DNA from: Trichosphaerium sp. ATCC 40318
Taxonomy: Eukaryota; Protista; Tubulinea
Direction of reading: 5' to 3'
DNA: 64,000 nt
Assembly (NCBI GenBank): GCA_038496445.1
Contig: JALMLS010000268.1
Location: 62,001-126,000 of the forward strand
In this document: piece by piece, positions 58,996-64,000 of the stretch
How positions within the stretch are numbered: the stretch's first letter is position 1
Layout of the letters: the number at the start of each line of letters is the position of its first letter
Made by a program: the position numbers and the translations under genes
Notes under the pieces: generated by a model
What the model was told of the DNA's origin: nothing
The model's database searches: none
The model's input: the letters and a program-made list of their open reading frames with translations, nothing else

Positions 58996-61315
58996 ATGGG
59001 TCAGAAGCAAGTAACGCAGAATGCACGTGCTTTTATATTCACCGATGGCCGTATGAAGATATTGTCACGTGTCTAACAGAAAAGTTTTAGGGTTCTACAG
59101 GTAAAAAGCCATCAAACTCACCTCGCAATAAGCGACAAGTCGTAAAATTGAAGCCAGAAGTACAGGTATAGAGTTATTTCCCTTTTGTTAATATTTCGGC
59201 ATTATTGGCGCCTAACAACGTACAGCGTTATTATAAGTCCCACTTGTCTGAATTGACGCATGCTCAACATTTATTGAAAGCTTATGCTACGTTTCAGTGG
59301 TATAAATCATTGGGTATGTCAACAGTAACCATAGACAATTTCTACCGACTTTTTGTAATATCTCTTCGCAACACGTTTTTTTTTTTGCATCCACATAACA
59401 TGCTGTAGAGCATTACACCATCAAAACTCAGGCGCACGCAAGAGGTATAAAAGTGTAACAGATGTTTTTTTGTGAACCTCACTCAATACTTTAGGAATGA
59501 TACAGCGTATACGATACAAGAAGCTGAGTGCGTTTTTACTGGGTTTTTTTTGGAACAAAAAAAATAACGAAAACTTTTAGAAAAGTCTAGAATGGTTGCA
59601 AAAGAGGTACGTCTCGTCACGTGACACCTACTGTTATGGTATTTTTTATAACTATTCGTTAGATCCTAGCAACCGAAGAATCTTACGTTAAAAGCCTTCG
59701 CTATGTAGTAAAGGCACGTGATAAGTAACGTTTTTTGAGGAGAAAAAAATAATCAGTCAGTTAACTTTTTTTTTCCAAAAGGGTTACGAAGAGCCGTTGA
59801 CAAAATTAGTAAAAAAAAAGAAAATGCCAGGCGTGACAAAAGACGATGTAAAGAGCTTGTTCTCGTGTATCGGTAAGATTTTTACTTTTATTCCACTTTG
59901 TACGATGTACATCTTTTAAAACTTTTTTGTTATTTTAGGAATTATTTCTTCGTATCATTCTTCTCAGTTGCCTCAACTTCGCACAACTATTGTACATTTT
60001 ACGGGGTTTACCCAACTAGGCAAAAGCTTCTTTAATGACCTGGTAAACATGTTTTTAATAAGTGTCTTGTTAACAGACGCACTAAACAATTTCTGTTTAG
60101 AGTGGTTTCTTGAAGATATATGCAATGTATATTAATAATTATAATCAATCCATTCAAACCCTAAAACGACTCAACGTTAAAAGTCCAGCTTTTGCTAAAT
60201 TCGTCTTGGTACGATGATGTTAATTTACCTTTTCTGACTATTTCAAAAAACTCTAAACAAAACTTAAGGAACTCGAAGATAGTGGTAGATGGGGAAGCAC
60301 ACTAGACTCTCTTCTTATAGGACCCATACAAAGGTAAGAATTAGAATTTGTTTGAACGATACAGTTTTACTAAGAACGTTTGTTTTCAGGTTACCAAGAT
60401 ATGTACTGTTGCTGTCGGTATGGTTGATCTGGTAGAAAAAAATAACATTAATTTTTCTTGTTTTTTTCTAGGAGCTTTTGAAGAACTCTGTTGAGGAGTA
60501 TAGAGATTATGCATACTTAAAGAAAGCCCTTGTTAATATAAAAGAAATAGCTGATACTTTAAACGAGCGTAAAAGAGACGCAGAAGATAGACAAGCTATC
60601 GTTGATATCTTCAATATTGTTCTTCCAAAACAAATTGTACGCTTTTGTTACATTCCTTCTTTAACATGTACTTGTTCAGGATCTCATACAGCCTGCTCGT
60701 AAGCTTTGCAAATCAGGTAAGTATATATCTACTAATTAGTATTTTGAGCTCATCTTGAGGAAAACTAGGAAATGTTTCGATGATGGTTCCTGCTAAAAAG
60801 CCAAAACAAAAGAACGATGATTTTATTGCAACAAAAATCTTCTTGTTCAATGATCTTGTTCTTATATGCACAAAGAGACCTAATTCTGAGTTTATGGACT
60901 TAAAAGAACGAATATCTATAGATACAATTAAAGTGAATACAAACAAAAAATCAGAGTGTATCCTTCTTTTTTTGCCATTCTTGTTTTTTTCTTTCTTCAA
61001 AATCTTTACGCCTTAACACCACGACAAGATGAAAATACATTCGAGCTTTTACTATCTAAAGGGAGAAGTATTATTCTTGCCACTAGAACAAACGAAGAAA
61101 AAGAGGAGTGGGAAAGGGTACGTGAGAAAGAAAAACAAACAAAAAAAAAAGCAAACATCTTACTTTTTTTGCAGGCAATCAATCTTGAAACTCTGAGGTT
61201 AGACAGAGCTAGACTCGATCTAACAGGTCGTATTATCAGAGGAGAACGTAAGAGAAGTAATAGTGGGCGCCGTCTTTCCCCACATGCTCCAATACGTAAA
61301 GTATCTTTAAAATAA
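58996..61315 (+). CDS. RhoGEF (DH-PH) protein, multi-exon
   Basis: RMVAKE|ILATEESYVKSL, LDSLLIGPIQR|LPRYVLLL, LKKALVNIKEIADTLNERKR (DH); KIFLFNDLVLIC..TNEEKEEW (PH). N-terminal MGQKQ|GS is a possible myristoylation site. Confidence 0.88.
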
Positions 61316-61550
61316 TAAAACCACATTTAATTTGTACTCACAAGTATTTCTCCAACAATGAGACCACTGCAGTACTTTGTTGAAACAAAGGACTAGTTTC
61401 AAGGTCACTAAAGACTATTACGCGGACTCTGTTATTTTGAGTGGAAGCATTGCTTGGTTGAATACAAGAATTCACGTGAACTTTTGTTTGGGTTTTATCT
61501 TCGCCAACTGAAATATTCTGACTTTTAGTTCAAACAATCCCGACATAGCG

Positions 61551-62552
61551 ATGTCATTAACAAGCGCAACAAACCCTCAAAATACGATTTCACATATTGA
61601 GGAGTTACCTACAGAGACATTAACGCATGTTTTGAGTTATTTGTACAGAAGACAACGTATTAGAGCTTCAACAGTATCTCACGCCTTCAACAACGTTATT
61701 CGTCATAACATTGGGTTTGATATTATTAAAATAAAGAAGCCACCAGAATGCTACGTTCTACGAGGCAGTCCATTACTTAGAAACACTGTTATTGATTGTT
61801 TTATGGTTTCAATGTCAAGAAGCGACTTGGCATGTCTTTACGGTGTTCACACCATACACCTTCAACATATAAGAAGACTCACAGATGCAGATGTTAAAGT
61901 GCTTCTAGAAGGAGAAGATGGATCAAAAAGCATGGTTCATCACATCTCCTTGGACCATACAGCTATAACAGATGTATCATTAAAAGCACTCAAAGGGGTA
62001 CATACAATAAGTATTTGCAGTTGTTCTGGTATTACTGTTGATGGAGTAAAGGAACTTAAAGATGTTCATGAAATTTTCTTAACTAATCCAAAAGACTCGT
62101 GGCTTAAACACCTTGGTAATGTCCATACTATAAATATGTTAGATTGCACTGAGAACACTACTGAAGAAGGTATCAAGGCTCTTAAAAATGTTAAGAAAAT
62201 TACTCTATGGCATCCAAAAGACTCATGGCTTAAGCACCTCTGTAATGTCCATACAGTTAAGATTTTACATGATTATAATCGTAGAAAGAAATATGTAACA
62301 GATGAAGGAATCAAGTCATTAACAAATGTTAAACTCCTAGTGCTTAGATGTTGTAATATTACAGACTCAAGTTTGAAGCACTTGGTTAATCTTGAGTACC
62401 TTGATCTTATCAGTTGTGATGTTATAACAAACGCATGTTTTAAGCACATGAAGTCACTCAAATCCATTTCAATACTTAGTTGCCCAAGATTAAATAAAAA
62501 GTATATAAAATCATTGGGCATAACTATTTATAAAGAAGGTAAGTTCCATTGA
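61551..62552 (+). CDS. Intronless F-box/leucine-rich repeat protein (paralog of 10016-10927)
   Basis: IEELPTETLTHVLSYL F-box; shares VSHAFNxxIRHNIGF and ITDVSLKALKGVHTIS with the paralog; internal 126-bp duplication (62088 vs 62214). Confidence 0.9.
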   Translation: MSLTSATNPQNTISHIEELPTETLTHVLSYLYRRQRIRASTVSHAFNNVIRHNIGFDIIKIKKPPECYVLRGSPLLRNTVIDCFMVSMSRSDLACLYGVHTIHLQHIRRLTDADVKVLLEGEDGSKSMVHHISLDHTAITDVSLKALKGVHTISICSCSGITVDGVKELKDVHEIFLTNPKDSWLKHLGNVHTINMLDCTENTTEEGIKALKNVKKITLWHPKDSWLKHLCNVHTVKILHDYNRRKKYVTDEGIKSLTNVKLLVLRCCNITDSSLKHLVNLEYLDLISCDVITNACFKHMKSLKSISILSCPRLNKKYIKSLGITIYKEGKFH

Positions 62553-62575
62553 AAACATTTGCTTTATTTGGCATT

Positions 62576-64000
62576 TTAATGAAAGTGGGAGTGTGTACTT
62601 GTCTTGTATCTGGAAGAAGGATCTATAACCAACAAAAAATAAATAAAAACTTTAACAAGAAAAAAAAATTCACGTGCCAATCGTGTGCATGCTGAAACTT
62701 GACTGCAAATCTGCTGGCTCGGCAGCTACCAAAACTCTAACAAAGTATTTAGATACACGCTAAGGATAAGCTTCAAAGTATTTCGATGATAACATGTGGA
62801 GAGCGTGGTTGGTGTAAATCCGCGGATTTTCTATTTTTTACGAACCTGTAAAAGCGTGCTGCATTGTTGAGAACTTTTTGAGGTTCTTTCTCTTTCATAT
62901 CAAAGAATTCTTTAATCATATATGCAGTATCTAGTGCTGATAGTACTGCTCTATTTGCGCCTGTACCTTTTGGCCAGAAAGGTTCAATCAAAGCGTCACC
63001 TGAAATACATTTTTAACAAAGAATTACAAATAACTGTGTTAGAGTAACGCACCGACTAGAGATACCGGTAGGCAAGGGTGGATAGCACAACCTTGTTTAG
63101 GATCTTTTACATCAAGCACGAGGAATGGTTGTTTAGCTTGCTTCTTTTTAGAGAAGTCAAACACAGCAACATCATTGAATCCGCCTGTGATAATAAATTA
63201 AAAATAGATTTGCAAAGAGATCACGAACCTTTGCTTGCAAGAGAAAATTTACACGTTTCAGGTAATCCAACGTGAGTAGCAACAACACGGACAAGTTCTT
63301 CTAGTTGAACACGATCAACATTAGCAGAGGATAGCAAGCCTTGATCATCAGCCAAGTTCTCTCTGCAAACGCCTTTTATTGTATAAATAAAAATAAAAAA
63401 TGGACTATTGGCGAACCTCTAGCCAGCAGTGTCGACTTCTTTGCTGTCATTACAAAGTAATGTGTCTCGCCTAAGTAATGCGTGAAAACTTTGGTTTATA
63501 ACCGGGTTTCATACCTCTGTAGTAAACAAGATTTTCAAGTTCAATCTCATACTTATCCTTTAATTCCTTAAAGAACTTTTGATCATAAATGGCAAGAATA
63601 CCTAAGCGCCATAAGGTTGTAGTCTTTGTTGTTTTTCTTTAATAAAAGTCTTACCAAACTCTCTAATATCTTGCTCTGGTTTTGTTTTTGTATTAACAAA
63701 GTTACACGTAATACCAATAGCTCTGCTGCCTTGGAAGATTTTTCTTTCGAAAATAATTATTATTGTGTTCTGTGTTTATGACGCATCTTACCTTTCAAAT
63801 TCAGCGAATTGGGCAACTCTAGAACCTTCTCCATCACCTCCTACTAGCACATTGTACTTAAGAAGTTCAGGAGCAAGGTTTTCAAGCTCAGAGTCAACCT
63901 TTGCTGTCCACATGTAACAGTTCGATTTCTGTTAGAAGAATATTAGCATATATCCAACGAACGATATTTCCACGTGTACCTCTTCATAGGCTGGTTCTCC
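62576..64000 (-). CDS. MICAL-type flavoprotein monooxygenase, 3' part (5' end outside the window)
   Basis: NVLVGGDG, RAIGITCNFVN, IELENLVYYR|GETHYFVMTAKK, VAVFDFS, LV|GDALIEPFWPKGTGANRAVLSALDT and TI|DPSSRY. Confidence 0.85.

Overview
AT-rich (roughly one-third GC by eye), gene-dense eukaryotic nuclear DNA with many very short spliceosomal introns (mostly about 35-110 nt), so the ORF track shows only exon fragments. I reconstructed the gene models by hand, and their boundaries are approximate. The gene set points to an amoebozoan-type protist (inference): a Roco LRR-Roc-COR-kinase, a GABA-B-like class C GPCR, a DH-PH RhoGEF, SF1/BBP, PARG, an LRR-ARM-patatin phospholipase, a MICAL-type monooxygenase and six F-box genes. 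The standout locus is 18844-25310, a complete alpha-2-macroglobulin/thioester protein (YPHGCCEQ) with no visible signal peptide. It has ubiquitin-like domains at its N-terminus and a ubiquitin-type C-terminus (TLSSHGITDGSKLHLILRLRGG) at the position of the protease bait region, so it is a candidate intracellular deubiquitinase-triggered trap. Nearby are an F-box/pseudo-Ras/TM fusion, an inverted pair of 10-Cys secreted prepropeptides and a 2OG-Fe(II) oxygenase ending in a ubiquitin-like domain. Several intronless genes and gene relics suggest horizontal or viral input. I saw no rRNA, tRNA or CRISPR array.
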